A stretch of DNA of 63,518 nucleotides, counting the filler, from Trichomonas gallinae (Eukaryota), in assembly GCA_008369845.1 (NCBI GenBank). It is 7 parts of 7 records of this genome, joined end to end, with 100 filler letters (N's around TTAATTAATTAA, not from the genome) between each part and the next. Parts side by side here need not be neighbours in the genome. Positions count along the whole stretch, not along the records: positions 1 to 21,330 come from MRSU01000539.1; 6 more parts are not named here. One strand, 5' to 3'. The translations under genes were made by a program, and so were the position numbers. The notes under the pieces are model-generated. The model was not told the DNA's origin. It did not search any database and was given only the letters and a program-made list of their open reading frames with translations. This document shows positions 10,158 through 21,430 of the stretch, one piece after another. The number at the start of each line of letters is the position of its first letter. Positions within the stretch are counted from its first letter, which is position 1.

Positions 10158-11624
10158 ATGGGAATCTTAAAACATGTTCATGTGTATACGATAACTGACT
10201 GTTTTATGATTGTAATCATTGCCTTTTTATCCCTTGCAATCAGACTGTATCTACTAGGGTTCCCGAATTGCATTGTTTTCGATGAAGTCTATTTCGGGAA
10301 TTTTTCAAACGCATATATTACAGAACACTTTTACAGCGACATCCACCCTCCATTTGGTAAACTAGTTATGGCTGGTATTGCCTATTTAACTCAATATCCA
10401 GGAATTATCAATTGGGGATTCAAAAATATCGAAGGATATGATATAAATGAAACTAATTATGTAAATTTAAGGCTGACACCATGTGTATTTTCATCATTTT
10501 GCTCAGTTTTAATCTACTGTTCGATGAAAAATTTAGCATTTTCGATCCCTACAGCAACATCTGCCTGTTTCTTAGCGCTATTTGATATTACATCCATTGT
10601 GGAAGGAAGATTTATCCTTTCTGATGGTATATTACACTTCTTTTCATGTTTGCATTTATTCGCTTTTACGCTTTTCCTCCGAAAAACAAGTCCAATGCGG
10701 ACCTTATTCGCTGGTATTACTCTTGGCATCGCATTTTCATGCAAACTCACTGCTGGCGGTTTAATCGCATTGGACGGCTTAACACAGCTCATTTGGCTGT
10801 TCAAAAAGCGTCGTGCAATATCAGATGTCATAGTTCGTGCCTCCCTTTTGCTAATTCCCTGCATTACAATTCACATTCTTTCTTGGATTGTTCATTTCGA
10901 CATTCTGAAGTACAAGGATAATACAGGAGGCGCATACACAGAAGAAGGATTCAGTAGCTATCTTTTTGCCGATAAAGATATGAACTTTACATACAAAGGC
11001 ACTCGTCTTCAAGATAGGAACCATTTATTATTGTTATATGAAGATTTATTGAGGACTCATCACGCGAACATGAGAATCACAAATCCCCATCCATGGAGCT
11101 CCATGCCTATAAACTGGCCCTTCCTCCTCGACAAGTACGTTTTGTTCTACAACGATATGCATTTTGGCTTAATAAGATGCCACGGGTCGCCAATGACTTA
11201 TTGGTCAACGTCAACTGTTCTGGTTTTGACGCCGATTTTAGCGTTGACGAGAAAATTAGACTGGAGAGTTATCGTGACATTTTTCGGCTGGGCTTTTAGC
11301 TATCTGCCTTTTATCATGGTGCCGCGTGAGATGTATCTTTATCACTACATCGTGCCGATGTTCTGTGCGTCGATGAATCTCGGAGCAGTTATGGAATGCA
11401 TGTTTATTAATCATCCGAGAATTTTGTTTTTGTTGAATGCTTTAGTTTGCTGTTTGTCAGTTTTATGTACATGGTATTTCGCGCCATGGATATACGGATA
11501 CCCATATTTGGACACCGACAAGCTGCATTGGCTGAAAAGATGGGAAAAAGGTCCACCTGAGCCAATTCATTTCTATGGTGCGGCTTCTTCGAATACTACC
11601 CTTATTACAGGAAGGTTTGTGTAA
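10158..11624 (+). CDS. Dolichyl-phosphate-mannose:protein O-mannosyltransferase (GT39/PMT), no MIR domain
   Basis: VFDEVYFG, DIHPPFGKL, RFILSDG, HPWSSMPINWP and YLYHY motifs. Confidence 0.92.
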   Translation: MGILKHVHVYTITDCFMIVIIAFLSLAIRLYLLGFPNCIVFDEVYFGNFSNAYITEHFYSDIHPPFGKLVMAGIAYLTQYPGIINWGFKNIEGYDINETNYVNLRLTPCVFSSFCSVLIYCSMKNLAFSIPTATSACFLALFDITSIVEGRFILSDGILHFFSCLHLFAFTLFLRKTSPMRTLFAGITLGIAFSCKLTAGGLIALDGLTQLIWLFKKRRAISDVIVRASLLLIPCITIHILSWIVHFDILKYKDNTGGAYTEEGFSSYLFADKDMNFTYKGTRLQDRNHLLLLYEDLLRTHHANMRITNPHPWSSMPINWPFLLDKYVLFYNDMHFGLIRCHGSPMTYWSTSTVLVLTPILALTRKLDWRVIVTFFGWAFSYLPFIMVPREMYLYHYIVPMFCASMNLGAVMECMFINHPRILFLLNALVCCLSVLCTWYFAPWIYGYPYLDTDKLHWLKRWEKGPPEPIHFYGAASSNTTLITGRFV

Positions 11625-12150
11625 ATGTAATTATTTTAGATTGTTATATCATTGATTTGTTATTATAATAAATTATTTTTAATTAATCATCCAAAAATCA
11701 TTAAAATATTATCAGAAATATAACTTTTTGATGATAAATTACATTATTTCATGCATCTATAAGCCAGGAATTATAATATCGAAATTTCATAAATAATTTG
11801 CTAAAACAATTTTATCTTAAAATTTTTTCGTTGTCTCTTTAGTTGACATCTATTTCAGGAACTGTGAGAAAGATTTGACAACTTCATAGTGACAATAATT
11901 TGAAGCAATAATTAAAGCTGTAAAGTAAAAACAATTTGTTAGTAAACTAAAATATTTTATACATGACATTCTGACGCTATACCTAAGATGGTCCCTATAT
12001 TTGAAAGCTTTAAAATGTTTTCGCTCATTTCCTATTAATAGGGACAACTTTAGGGCAGTCAGTTTATAACTCAACTATAATATGGTAAAATCAAAAAAAA
12101 AATAGAAAATCGTAAAAAATAGTTGAAAAGATTCTATACGAAAAGTAAAT

Positions 12151-13017
12151 CTATATATCAAAGTCATCCGGTGTGATAATTGTGAGTGATCCTGAATCAT
12201 CTTCAAACAATGCAACAACCATTAACGAATTACCCGATATATGGGATATTGGTTCTCGGCCATATTGTTTTGATGAGACTTCTTGCATTGTTTCTGTATT
12301 TAATATTGAAATTGTGCCGTCATTCATTCCGATCGCGCAATGATTATTTCCGTAACATAATGAAGCTGATGCACACGAAAACAAAGAAGTTTTCGATAAT
12401 GTTGTATAATTTGGAATTTGATTCTTATAAACTGTAATTCCAGACGAATAACAAACCACTGGATTGTCATTGCAAAAGAAAACCGATAACGCTTCAAGAC
12501 AGTGCATATCTAAGTTTGCTGGAAGTGAAAATTCGGTATTATCTTTAGAAACTGTTTCCCAAACAACTACACGTGAATTTTGGTATCCAGCAAGTAAATA
12601 CAAGTTGTTGAATGATATCGAAGATGCTTTTAATATTAATTGCGGATTTTCCGAAATATCGTTGATTTCTAAAGCACGACAATCACTTAATATTATACCT
12701 CTATCTTTTGTAGATGCTGCTAATGTTGAACCTGATGCTGATATTGCGACAATGTCACTTGGGCATTGTAATACAAATTCTTCCTTATCATTTGTTCTTG
12801 GATCATGCATATATACAAATCTATCATCCGCGTAGTAAATGTTATGTTGTGCATCTGTTGCTATCGAATTTAATGGTTTATTATGTCTTTTTGAAATTGT
12901 AATTTCGTTAACTTCTGTATTAAAGACACCAAAATATCCAGATGGGCAAATAAATGCGAATTCTGATGACACGCCTTGAAATACATCAATTCCACTCAAA
13001 GCTTCACCAAAATCCAT
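12151..13017 (-). CDS. WD40-like beta-propeller protein
   Basis: LAAST.DRGIILSDCR, LLAGYQNSRVVVWET and CAIGMNDGTISILN repeats; first ATG at 13017. Confidence 0.6.
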   Translation of the reverse strand: MDFGEALSGIDVFQGVSSEFAFICPSGYFGVFNTEVNEITISKRHNKPLNSIATDAQHNIYYADDRFVYMHDPRTNDKEEFVLQCPSDIVAISASGSTLAASTKDRGIILSDCRALEINDISENPQLILKASSISFNNLYLLAGYQNSRVVVWETVSKDNTEFSLPANLDMHCLEALSVFFCNDNPVVCYSSGITVYKNQIPNYTTLSKTSLFSCASASLCYGNNHCAIGMNDGTISILNTETMQEVSSKQYGREPISHISGNSLMVVALFEDDSGSLTIITPDDFDI

Positions 13018-14153
13018 ATTATTTTGATTTATTTTTGTCAAATGTCAAATAAATATTTTATTTGTCAAAATTACCTGACTCTATGCAAAACAGCTTTAAA
13101 TCATCTGGATTGGTCATTTTGCAGCAATAAGAAGCTATTGTTGAATGCAACCGCGAAAAATTTTCTTCACCCAATTTATGAATTTGTTGAATTTTTAACG
13201 ATAGAAAGTGTGTTAGAAGTGTGTATTACTATACATAGTGTGGTATTGTTTATATTGCTACGTGTCATTGATTGACTCTGCGTATTTGGTGAGTTATTAG
13301 CGTCTAATGTCGTCGGTGGAACTGATGCTCACGTATTTGACAACTTCAGAAACAAAAATATGCACAAATATACATTGCAGATTATAAATATGTTGTTTTC
13401 GATGAGATATAATTAAATTTGAAAATGCGTTTATTGCTGGATTGTTCCATATGGGTATATACACATCAGAATACTATATAACATCACGTATGTGTCGAGA
13501 TATTTCAACATCGAACACAGAAGCTTCTGATATCGAACACAACTTTTGCTCTTTTGTCTATATATATAGATGTTTTGTGTGTAATATCATGTCATAGCAC
13601 TATTATTTCCTCAAAATAATACATATCTAAAAAAAGTGTATCGATGAAAAAAAAGAGTTTTACTTTCCCATCCACAATAGATAAAGTCTATATTCTTGTG
13701 TCTATAACATATTAGTCGGTAATTTATTGATGTCTTGCAAAATCTTATCGAAAAGCACACCAGATAATCAGAGTGAATAATTCACAGCGCTATTAGAGAA
13801 CATACACGATACAATCAAAGCCTTTAATACATTATTTAACTTTAATGGAAAGTGATTCTATATTTTCCAATAAATCGACTAAAAAAGCATCAGCGAAATC
13901 AGCCAATCAGTTAATAGGAAATGTTGTCAACATCTTTCATCGCGGAAAGAAATAGAACCACATTGAACCCAAGCTCAATAAAATAAAAAGGTGGGTAATC
14001 GTGAATTATCTTCATGGTTGTTCTCAACTATCACTACTGCAGTAAGTCTCGAAATTCAACCGCTCCAGCAGTAAATTCAACAAATTCTGCTTCATCATAA
14101 TAATTTTTGACATTTTGCACTTTACATCTGACATTTTGAAATAAAGTTATAAA

Positions 14154-15806
14154 ATGATTCGAACATCGTCAATGGTCAACCTTTTGAACGACGATGATTG
14201 GAAATTCACATACACAGAACCAGGATTGCCTAAGAAAAAGACTAATTTTCAAGCAGCTCCTGAAAATTTTTATTCTCAATCTGCTTTAGCCCCAACATCA
14301 ATTAAAAAATTCTACTTTTCACATTTCAATAGATGGAGAAGACTATGGGAATACATAATTTTAATCGTTTCAGCCTTTCCTTTCTTCGAAATTTCATTTA
14401 TCTCTATTTTCGCACCGACAATTTCTATTTTGAAATACTCACCAATATTCATATTCGACATATTATTCGGTTTAGATATTTTCATCTCTTCTCGCACTGC
14501 ATATTTATCTCAGGGAGTTTCAATTACAGAGCCAAGCAAAATGTTTGCAAATTATGGTAAAGTATGGGTTGCTTTCCAAATATTTGCTACAATTCCACTG
14601 AATTGGATTGGTTTATTATATGGGAAGAGAATTCTTTATTTAATTCTATCTCTGAACAAAGTAATACGTTTAAGAAGGGCTTTTACAGCAGCTGACTACT
14701 TGCTTAGATTCCTAATCTATCACAGCTGGAAATCAATTATGTTTCCGCTTTGTCTTCTTTTGCTCGGCTTTGTGCACTTCTTCGCCTGCATGTTCTACGT
14801 TTGTGCGATGTTTGAGGACATTAATGAGTCATGGATAGGAATTTTTGGTTGGGATAAATTGACCCCTCCTCAATTATACATTGTCAGCGTTTATTTCGTT
14901 ATGACAACTATTTTGACAATAGGTTATGGCGATTTGACACCTAAAACATCTCCAGAAACGATTCTTGTTATATTCATTCAATTATTAGGTGTTCTTGTGA
15001 ACGCATACATTCTTTCCATCATGGTTTCCATTTTGATCGATCCGATTGGTAATGAGTTCCTTCAGAGATATACAGGACTGGTCGATTTCCTCAGATTCAA
15101 GAAAATTCCGAAAAATGTTTCAACATCAATCAAGCAATTCCTTCAGATGAAATGGGCAACAAATCATGGAACCGAAGACCCCGAAAATGTCTACAAATTC
15201 ATTCCAGAAACCGTCAGAGATAATCTCAAGCGCGACATCTGCAGGAAATGCTTCTCCAAAGTTGCTATATTGAGAATGGCGTCAGAGAGTTTGCTGACTG
15301 AGATGGCAAATCTACTCAGAGACATAAGTTTTACACCTGGCGAAATTATTGTTAAGCAGGGTGTGAAAAACAACGACATGATCCTTCTAAACAACGGAAT
15401 CATAGACATTTTCGCTGATGGAGCACTTGTAGCATCAAGTGGATGCGAAGATGGCCTAGTATTGGGCGAACAAGCTCTTTTCGTCGACACACCGCGCGCG
15501 TCGACAGTAGTTGCAGTTACCTATGTCGAAGGGTGGATCATAACAAGGGAATTCCTTATAGAATGCTTAGCGCACAGGCATGAGCTTAAGAAGGATCTGC
15601 TTGATGCAGCTTTAGTTTGCTTCCCGGCTAATTACAAGGAAATAAGAAAGCTTTTGTCAGGCGAAAACATCAGAGCTGTCGTTGAAAGGTCAAAGCAGAG
15701 ACAGAGAGAAGTAATCAAGCGAATTCTCGCATCAAGGAGAGACGAAGAACAACGTGATTTAGAGCTTTCAACTTCATCAAGCGAAAATGATCAGACAGGA
15801 ATTTAA
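14154..15806 (+). CDS. Cyclic-nucleotide-binding-domain cation (K+) channel
   Basis: 6TM, S4-like LNKVIRLRR, pore TILTIGYGD, cNMP domain (GEQAL...PRASTV). Confidence 0.92.
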   Translation: MIRTSSMVNLLNDDDWKFTYTEPGLPKKKTNFQAAPENFYSQSALAPTSIKKFYFSHFNRWRRLWEYIILIVSAFPFFEISFISIFAPTISILKYSPIFIFDILFGLDIFISSRTAYLSQGVSITEPSKMFANYGKVWVAFQIFATIPLNWIGLLYGKRILYLILSLNKVIRLRRAFTAADYLLRFLIYHSWKSIMFPLCLLLLGFVHFFACMFYVCAMFEDINESWIGIFGWDKLTPPQLYIVSVYFVMTTILTIGYGDLTPKTSPETILVIFIQLLGVLVNAYILSIMVSILIDPIGNEFLQRYTGLVDFLRFKKIPKNVSTSIKQFLQMKWATNHGTEDPENVYKFIPETVRDNLKRDICRKCFSKVAILRMASESLLTEMANLLRDISFTPGEIIVKQGVKNNDMILLNNGIIDIFADGALVASSGCEDGLVLGEQALFVDTPRASTVVAVTYVEGWIITREFLIECLAHRHELKKDLLDAALVCFPANYKEIRKLLSGENIRAVVERSKQRQREVIKRILASRRDEEQRDLELSTSSSENDQTGI

Positions 15807-16145
15807 CATAACATCATTGTTTCTTATATTGTTTGTTGATGTATCAGATTAATAAAATAAAGACTATCTAGTTATGAGTTATACACTTTTTAATAAGTTC
15901 ACATGCATCTTTACATGAATTTCTCTCAAAAGTGAATTTAATTGCATAATTTGTCAAAAATGTTGCATATACATGTTTAGATACTTTTTTTTAATTCAAT
16001 GATAGTATCTCTGAGATACATATATGTGTTGTAAATCTGAAGTTGTTTGACTTAGCACATTAGAGATTAGTTACATATAGATAAAGAAAATCAAATAGGA
16101 TCATATGGAAAATTAAAAAAATAAATATTGTAAAATGAACAACTT

Positions 16146-17900
16146 TTACTGGCATTTGAGGAGGGCCATGCACGCGAAGTACTTGACGTCTGAGTCGTTG
16201 TCGTTGGAGAGCTGCTTGAGGATTGTCTGAAGCTGCTGCTGGACCTTCTGTTCGCCGATTCCGATGAAGAGGAGCAATGCCTTTGATACTAAGACTCTGA
16301 CGTTCGCGACCTTATCCTGTGCCATGAAGAGGACAGTTGGGAGGAACTGCTTGACGAAAACGGCTGGCTGAAGGGAGTTCTTGAGCTGCATGACGGAAAG
16401 AAGAGTGACCTGCCTGATCAAGTAGTTCTTCTCGTTCTTGAGTGCGAGAATAACAGGTGTGAGTGTCTGTGTGCACCAGTCCTGGCCGAGAATCGTGACG
16501 AGAGGGCCGAGCTGCTTCGTCATCTCGTCGCGGACTGAGAAGAAGTTGTCAGAGAGCCATGTCTGGACGAGCTGGAAGACCTGCTTGCCGAACTCTTCTG
16601 CGCCGAGGACCTTAGCGAAGTGTGGGATGAGCTTGATGATGACAACCTTGACGCGCCAGTGTGTTTCGCTGGCAATTTCGAGAATTGTTGGCAAAATTGC
16701 TGGTGTGATCGAAACTAGGTCGACTTCGTCAACGTGGGAGAGAAGGCTGTTGAGGAGGGCGACGGAAGCTTCATTATCTGTGTCGTGGAGGATCTGCATG
16801 AATAATGGAACGATTGATGCGCTTGTATTGTGATTTCCGATGATTGGGGCGAGCTCCATGAGGTGGAGGGCGGCCTCACGACGGACCTGTGGGGCTCCAT
16901 CGTTTGTAAGTGGCTTGATTTCTGGGATTAACTTTTCTGCAACGAATGTCTGCTCCTTTGCGATATATGGGAGGATTCCGGAGACTGTCTGGCATGCAGC
17001 TGCCTTTGTCTCGGCTTCTGGGTCGCGGAGGAGGCGGAATAAAAGTGGACATAATTCTGTAGTAAGAACTTCGACGCTGAATGGCTTAGCGATTGCTGGG
17101 AATTCCTTGGCAAAGGCCGATCTGACGCGCCAGCTGCCATCTTTAACGAGAGTCTTAGATAAAAGAATAATAAGTGTAATACGGTCTTGATCGCTGAGTT
17201 TCTCTGAGATGATTGAGAGAGACGGTGGGAGGAGAAGACGGACAGAGTCTTCATCATCATTTGCTGAGCTCATCAAAATATCCTTTGCAATTTCAGAGAT
17301 AATAATATTTGCTGGAAGGGCTTCGCAGAGCTTTGGTAAATTCTTCAAAGCGCTGCGGCGAACCATCGGAGTTTCATCTTTAACGAGAGATTTGTAAATT
17401 TGACGAAGGTTGCTCTTGTTTGCTTCGTTGACTTTTTCGTAGATAGCAACAATGAATGCGCATGCTGAAGAACGAGATGTGAAGAATTCTGCTGTTGAAA
17501 GATCGCGAGCGGTCTGCATAAGCGATACATCGGCTTGTGCGGCCGGGATGCTGTTGCAGACGATATTCATTGACTCGATGGCCTTGTCTCTGACGACTGA
17601 CTCTTCTGCAGAAGCGAGAACTTTAAGTGGGCCGAGTAAAACATTTGCATATTCGGGACCTCCAACGTATTTAACTAGGGAACCGAGGCACTGCGCTAAG
17701 CTCATTTGAACTTCACCGTCTAACTGATTTGCGGAGAGTAAAAATTGCATTAATTCTGTTCTTGCGTGTTCTGGGCCCATAGCAGCAGCAACGAGGCTGA
17801 TGTTTGAAGCGGCGAAGAGCCTGTGGTGTACATTGTCACTCCTGAGCTCCTCTGTAAAGAAATTAAGGACAAAGCCTGGATCAGCTTGTTGACGGTTCAT
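16146..17900 (-). CDS. Protein phosphatase 2A scaffold subunit A (PR65, HEAT repeats)
   Basis: MGPEHARTEL, EESVVRDKA, DETPMVRR, DSVRLL, SWRVR and DKVANVR motifs; probable start MNRQQ at 17900. Confidence 0.93.
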   Translation of the reverse strand: MNRQQADPGFVLNFFTEELRSDNVHHRLFAASNISLVAAAMGPEHARTELMQFLLSANQLDGEVQMSLAQCLGSLVKYVGGPEYANVLLGPLKVLASAEESVVRDKAIESMNIVCNSIPAAQADVSLMQTARDLSTAEFFTSRSSACAFIVAIYEKVNEANKSNLRQIYKSLVKDETPMVRRSALKNLPKLCEALPANIIISEIAKDILMSSANDDEDSVRLLLPPSLSIISEKLSDQDRITLIILLSKTLVKDGSWRVRSAFAKEFPAIAKPFSVEVLTTELCPLLFRLLRDPEAETKAAACQTVSGILPYIAKEQTFVAEKLIPEIKPLTNDGAPQVRREAALHLMELAPIIGNHNTSASIVPLFMQILHDTDNEASVALLNSLLSHVDEVDLVSITPAILPTILEIASETHWRVKVVIIKLIPHFAKVLGAEEFGKQVFQLVQTWLSDNFFSVRDEMTKQLGPLVTILGQDWCTQTLTPVILALKNEKNYLIRQVTLLSVMQLKNSLQPAVFVKQFLPTVLFMAQDKVANVRVLVSKALLLFIGIGEQKVQQQLQTILKQLSNDNDSDVKYFACMALLKCQ

Positions 17901-18516
17901 TAAAAAATATTTTTTTTTCTCATAACGAATATTTTCTATGAGTTCCCTTAAATTCTGAAAAGTGACAAAAATAAAAAACGTGTAAAGGTTTTTCTTCATC
18001 TTTTAGACCGGGAAATCCAAGAAAAAACGCATCATATACTATATTAATCAGAGTATCTACCCATGATATAGGTTTTGCGCTATAAAAAAAATGACTCTTA
18101 TTGTTATTATGAAGACTGCATAGTATAAACGTGTAAAGGTTTTATTAAGGGGGTGCCCCACTTTTTAATATTTGACACTTTACACATTACATGTCAAAAA
18201 GTCGTTTTTTATATTTTTTTTCCTCGATGGTAGAGAAATAAACTTTTCACAACAACAGCAAAGCGAAATGAATAGATTCTTAGGCCAATGGTTTTTACAG
18301 TTGGCACACCATCAATGTTATGCATAAACATACTAGGCTTATCAAAAGGAGGTGAAGATATTTCATTAATTTTTCGAAAATGAACATCAATAGATTTTCC
18401 AAGAGAAATACAAGGAATGCAAATTTGGAAGATAAAAAATGATAGTCTGAAAAAACGTGTCCTTGCAAGCATTGTATGTTAAAACAAATCGTTTTGAAAA
18501 TTGAAAATTTTTCTAG

Positions 18517-18954
18517 TTAGATATCTATAAGTTTCTTATTGAGCAATAGCCTTTTCTGGTATGTGAAGTCGAGTTCATCTTGTAATTCACGCTCTTTTGC
18601 TTGTGATTCACTTAATAATCTTTTCATTTCATCAACTTGTCGTTTAAGTCTTGAATTTTTCTTCTGCAGATGTAGGAGTTGTGCACGAAGATCCAATTCT
18701 TCTTCATGAAGAGATTCAAATGTTCTTGGGGTGAAAGGATCACTTCGTTTAAGTCTTGCACGATCTTGGGACTTTCTTTGTAGATCGAATTTCTGCTGTT
18801 CTCTCAGTGATTTGCTGTTATTTTCAAAATCTTGAATTCTTTCAAGAATATCATCCGATCTTTTCTTGATATCCTCAACTTGACCTCTATACTTACATTC
18901 TTCAGGTTCTATCGATGTTAACGTTGGAATAACTTCTGTTGGAGTTCGAGTCAT
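18517..18954 (-). CDS. Small coiled-coil hypothetical protein
   Basis: Charged heptad-rich ORF; first ATG at 18954. Confidence 0.55.
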   Translation of the reverse strand: MTRTPTEVIPTLTSIEPEECKYRGQVEDIKKRSDDILERIQDFENNSKSLREQQKFDLQRKSQDRARLKRSDPFTPRTFESLHEEELDLRAQLLHLQKKNSRLKRQVDEMKRLLSESQAKERELQDELDFTYQKRLLLNKKLIDI

Positions 18955-19396
18955 TGTATTAACGTATTTTTGATGTTTACATGACAAAATTCATATTTAC
19001 ATGACGAATTTTAATATTTACATGACAAAAAAATTTAATTGTGTATATTGTCTATGGATCAAGTTTGTTATATATGTAGAATATGAAAACCAACTTGATG
19101 GGGATATCTTTGCTCGTTTGTTTCATTATATGTTTCATATTCTTCGGTATTATATTGTTCTTCGCTCTTTTCATATGACAATTCATGATTTGTAAGCAAT
19201 AATTTATTATATTGTTGAGATAATAGTGGAATAATGTATGTTATTCCATATTTTGATGGAATTATAATTTTCAAAATCATTCTTTGGTAATTTTTGAGTT
19301 TTTCATCGTTGTTATCATATTCTTCATTAGCATTTGTGTATTAATATATTTATACATGAACAATATGATTTTAGAATTAAAAAAAAATAAAACATG

Positions 19397-20800
19397 TTAG
19401 AGGAATAATTCGAGATTTGGTCCTTGAATGTTACCATCTCTGCTCTTTGCAGTCTCGAAAACTTTAGCCCAGTTTGTCTTCCAAATTTGATTATTTGCTT
19501 TCTTCCTCTTCTTTGTATCTTTTGCATTGTTGAGAGTTTCTTCAAGAAGGTCATTATCAATATCAGACATCAATTGAAGAGCAAGTTTTGCATCTTCACG
19601 AACAAATTCGTTCCAATGATTTCTTGCAACACTGAGAAGCTGTTCATCGAGTATTTTATGAGCTAAAGGAGTAAATGCGAGAAGTGCTTCTTCTAGTGCT
19701 GGTCCAATAATGACATTAACAGATGTTTCAGAAAGATCGATGTTTGGTTGAGTAATAAGATCAGAAAGAAGTGTAAAAACGAGTTTTGACGATCTTTCGT
19801 TCAGTAATTTTGGAAATCCAAGGAATAATCCTTCAACTTCACTTAACATCAAAATTTGCTTGCGAATGTTGGATGACGGCCAATGCGAAACTATGTATTC
19901 GATTGTTGGCTCATAAAGTTTTGGTTCTATTTTGACATATTGGTTAATAACTTGTAAAAGATTAAGACAGAACTTGAGGAAGTTAGGAGAACTATGTAGG
20001 AATAAAACAGCATTCTTAAAAACATTGATTTGCTCTTCAGAAAGTGGAGCTTGATAACCAGCAACAACTGCTTTTCCATAGAATTCAAGTAAATCAGCAG
20101 AGCATAGCTTTGTCTGGAACTGAGATATGACGGCGCGCATTATTGACTGGTTTAAATTTGGGCATTTCGAATAAATCTTTCGCAAAATATCTTTGCAAGC
20201 GAATCTTTCTCTGTCATCAGGTCCACAGCAGTTAGAAACCAATGCCTGTACAAGGTTTTTATTATTTATCGGTGGAATGTTGTTTTGTTCTAAGAGTGTG
20301 TTAAGAGTTTTGTAAACGAGGAATAAGTGTGGCCAAGCAGTGTCTTGGACTTGATCATTGATGTCAAGAGGCGACACAATCTTGAGCTGTGGCATTGGAC
20401 GGCATATATTTTTGGTAACCATCTTGAAATATTTTTCGAAAGATGATGGAGTCAATAAATGCATGATCTCTGGCGAATCAAACGCAGTAATTATGTCTTT
20501 AAGAAGGTCTGATTTAGTCTTTTTAGCGACAACGTCTTTTATTCCAATAGAAAAATCGCATATTTTCTGACACTCTTTAACTTTTTGAGCAAAAACATTA
20601 TTGTATTCCTTTGGATCAACTTCTGCAAAACATTTTGATGGTGCGATGGTGATTTCTTCAAATCCGCCATTAAACAATGTTGAAACTGCGAATGTCATCA
20701 TTTTGAATTCAGAAATCTCTGACTTTGGAACCTCCTTCTTTTTCCTTACAGGAATCTGAGAGCGTTTTCCAGGAGACTTCGTTGGAGAACTTTTCTTCAT
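19397..20800 (-). CDS. PP2A regulatory subunit B' (B56 family), divergent
   Basis: CQKICDF, AWPHLFLVY, DDRER, HWP and HWN motifs of B56. Confidence 0.85.
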   Translation of the reverse strand: MKKSSPTKSPGKRSQIPVRKKKEVPKSEISEFKMMTFAVSTLFNGGFEEITIAPSKCFAEVDPKEYNNVFAQKVKECQKICDFSIGIKDVVAKKTKSDLLKDIITAFDSPEIMHLLTPSSFEKYFKMVTKNICRPMPQLKIVSPLDINDQVQDTAWPHLFLVYKTLNTLLEQNNIPPINNKNLVQALVSNCCGPDDRERFACKDILRKIYSKCPNLNQSIMRAVISQFQTKLCSADLLEFYGKAVVAGYQAPLSEEQINVFKNAVLFLHSSPNFLKFCLNLLQVINQYVKIEPKLYEPTIEYIVSHWPSSNIRKQILMLSEVEGLFLGFPKLLNERSSKLVFTLLSDLITQPNIDLSETSVNVIIGPALEEALLAFTPLAHKILDEQLLSVARNHWNEFVREDAKLALQLMSDIDNDLLEETLNNAKDTKKRKKANNQIWKTNWAKVFETAKSRDGNIQGPNLELFL

Positions 20801-21039
20801 TTTATAAAAAAACCGGCAATTTATTTTGTAAAGTTATCATGTCATGTATAATTTTTACATTGGCAAAAATATTATTTTCAACAGATTTTATCTTCGGGTG
20901 AAATAGTTCTTCTGTTTTTGTTGTCAAATAGGGAAATTTTACAACGTCGAATTGTCAAATATTTTTGAAAAGTGACAGTGTATAAATGATATTGTAAATT
21001 TACAAACGTCAAAATTTAAATCAGAGGGTGCATCGAAAG

Positions 21040-21151
21040 TTTTAAAATTGAGACCTCACTCCTGTTTTAGTTCTGTCATTTTTGAATACTTTACATGTCA
21101 AATCTGATATGTAAACATGTCACTTTTCGTTCCGCATTCCGGTACATGACA
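21040..21151 (+). mobile_element. Right-end TIR fragment of the TGT...ACA repeat family
   Basis: High visual identity to 57543-57653 (ttttaaaattga...tactttacatgtcaaatctgatatgtaaa...gtcacttttcgttccgcatt.cggtaca). Confidence 0.85.
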
Positions 21152-21244
21152 TTTGACATGTAAAGTACGTTCGGATTGAAAATTAGGGCGCCTTATATAC
21201 CAAATTACAATGTTTTTATTGTTATAACATTTTAAAAATTTTGT

Positions 21245-21330
21245 TTATTCATATAATAATAATGGATCAACTATTATAGCTGCTTCCTGCGTGGATAAAT
21301 CTGTATAACGAGTATAAACATCACTTTTCC
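21245..21330 (-). pseudogene. 3' end of the tyrosine recombinase; 21297-21330 identical to 1-34
   Basis: Exact 34-bp match aaatctgtataacgagtataaacatcacttttcc; the frame continues ...KSDVYTRYTDLSTQEAAIIVDPLLLYE*. Confidence 0.75.
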
Positions 21331-21430
21331 NNNNNNNNNNNNNNNNNNNNNNNNNNNNNNNNNNNNNNNNNNNNTTAATTAATTAANNNNNNNNNNNNNN
21401 NNNNNNNNNNNNNNNNNNNNNNNNNNNNNN
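21331..21430. other. Artificial contig linker (N-TTAATTAATTAA-N); also at 35218-35317, 42953-43052, 53304-53403, 58344-58443, 61802-61900
   Basis: Near-identical ~100-nt N blocks, each centred on a six-frame stop 12-mer. Confidence 0.98.

Noticed and set aside
13017..13100. Possible intron or upstream exon for the WD40-like gene
   Set aside because: Lacks the conserved trichomonad ACTAACACACAG branch/3' splice motif.
21375..21386. TTAATTAATTAA palindrome recurring six times
   Set aside because: Always centred in N blocks; an artificial six-frame-stop linker, not biological.
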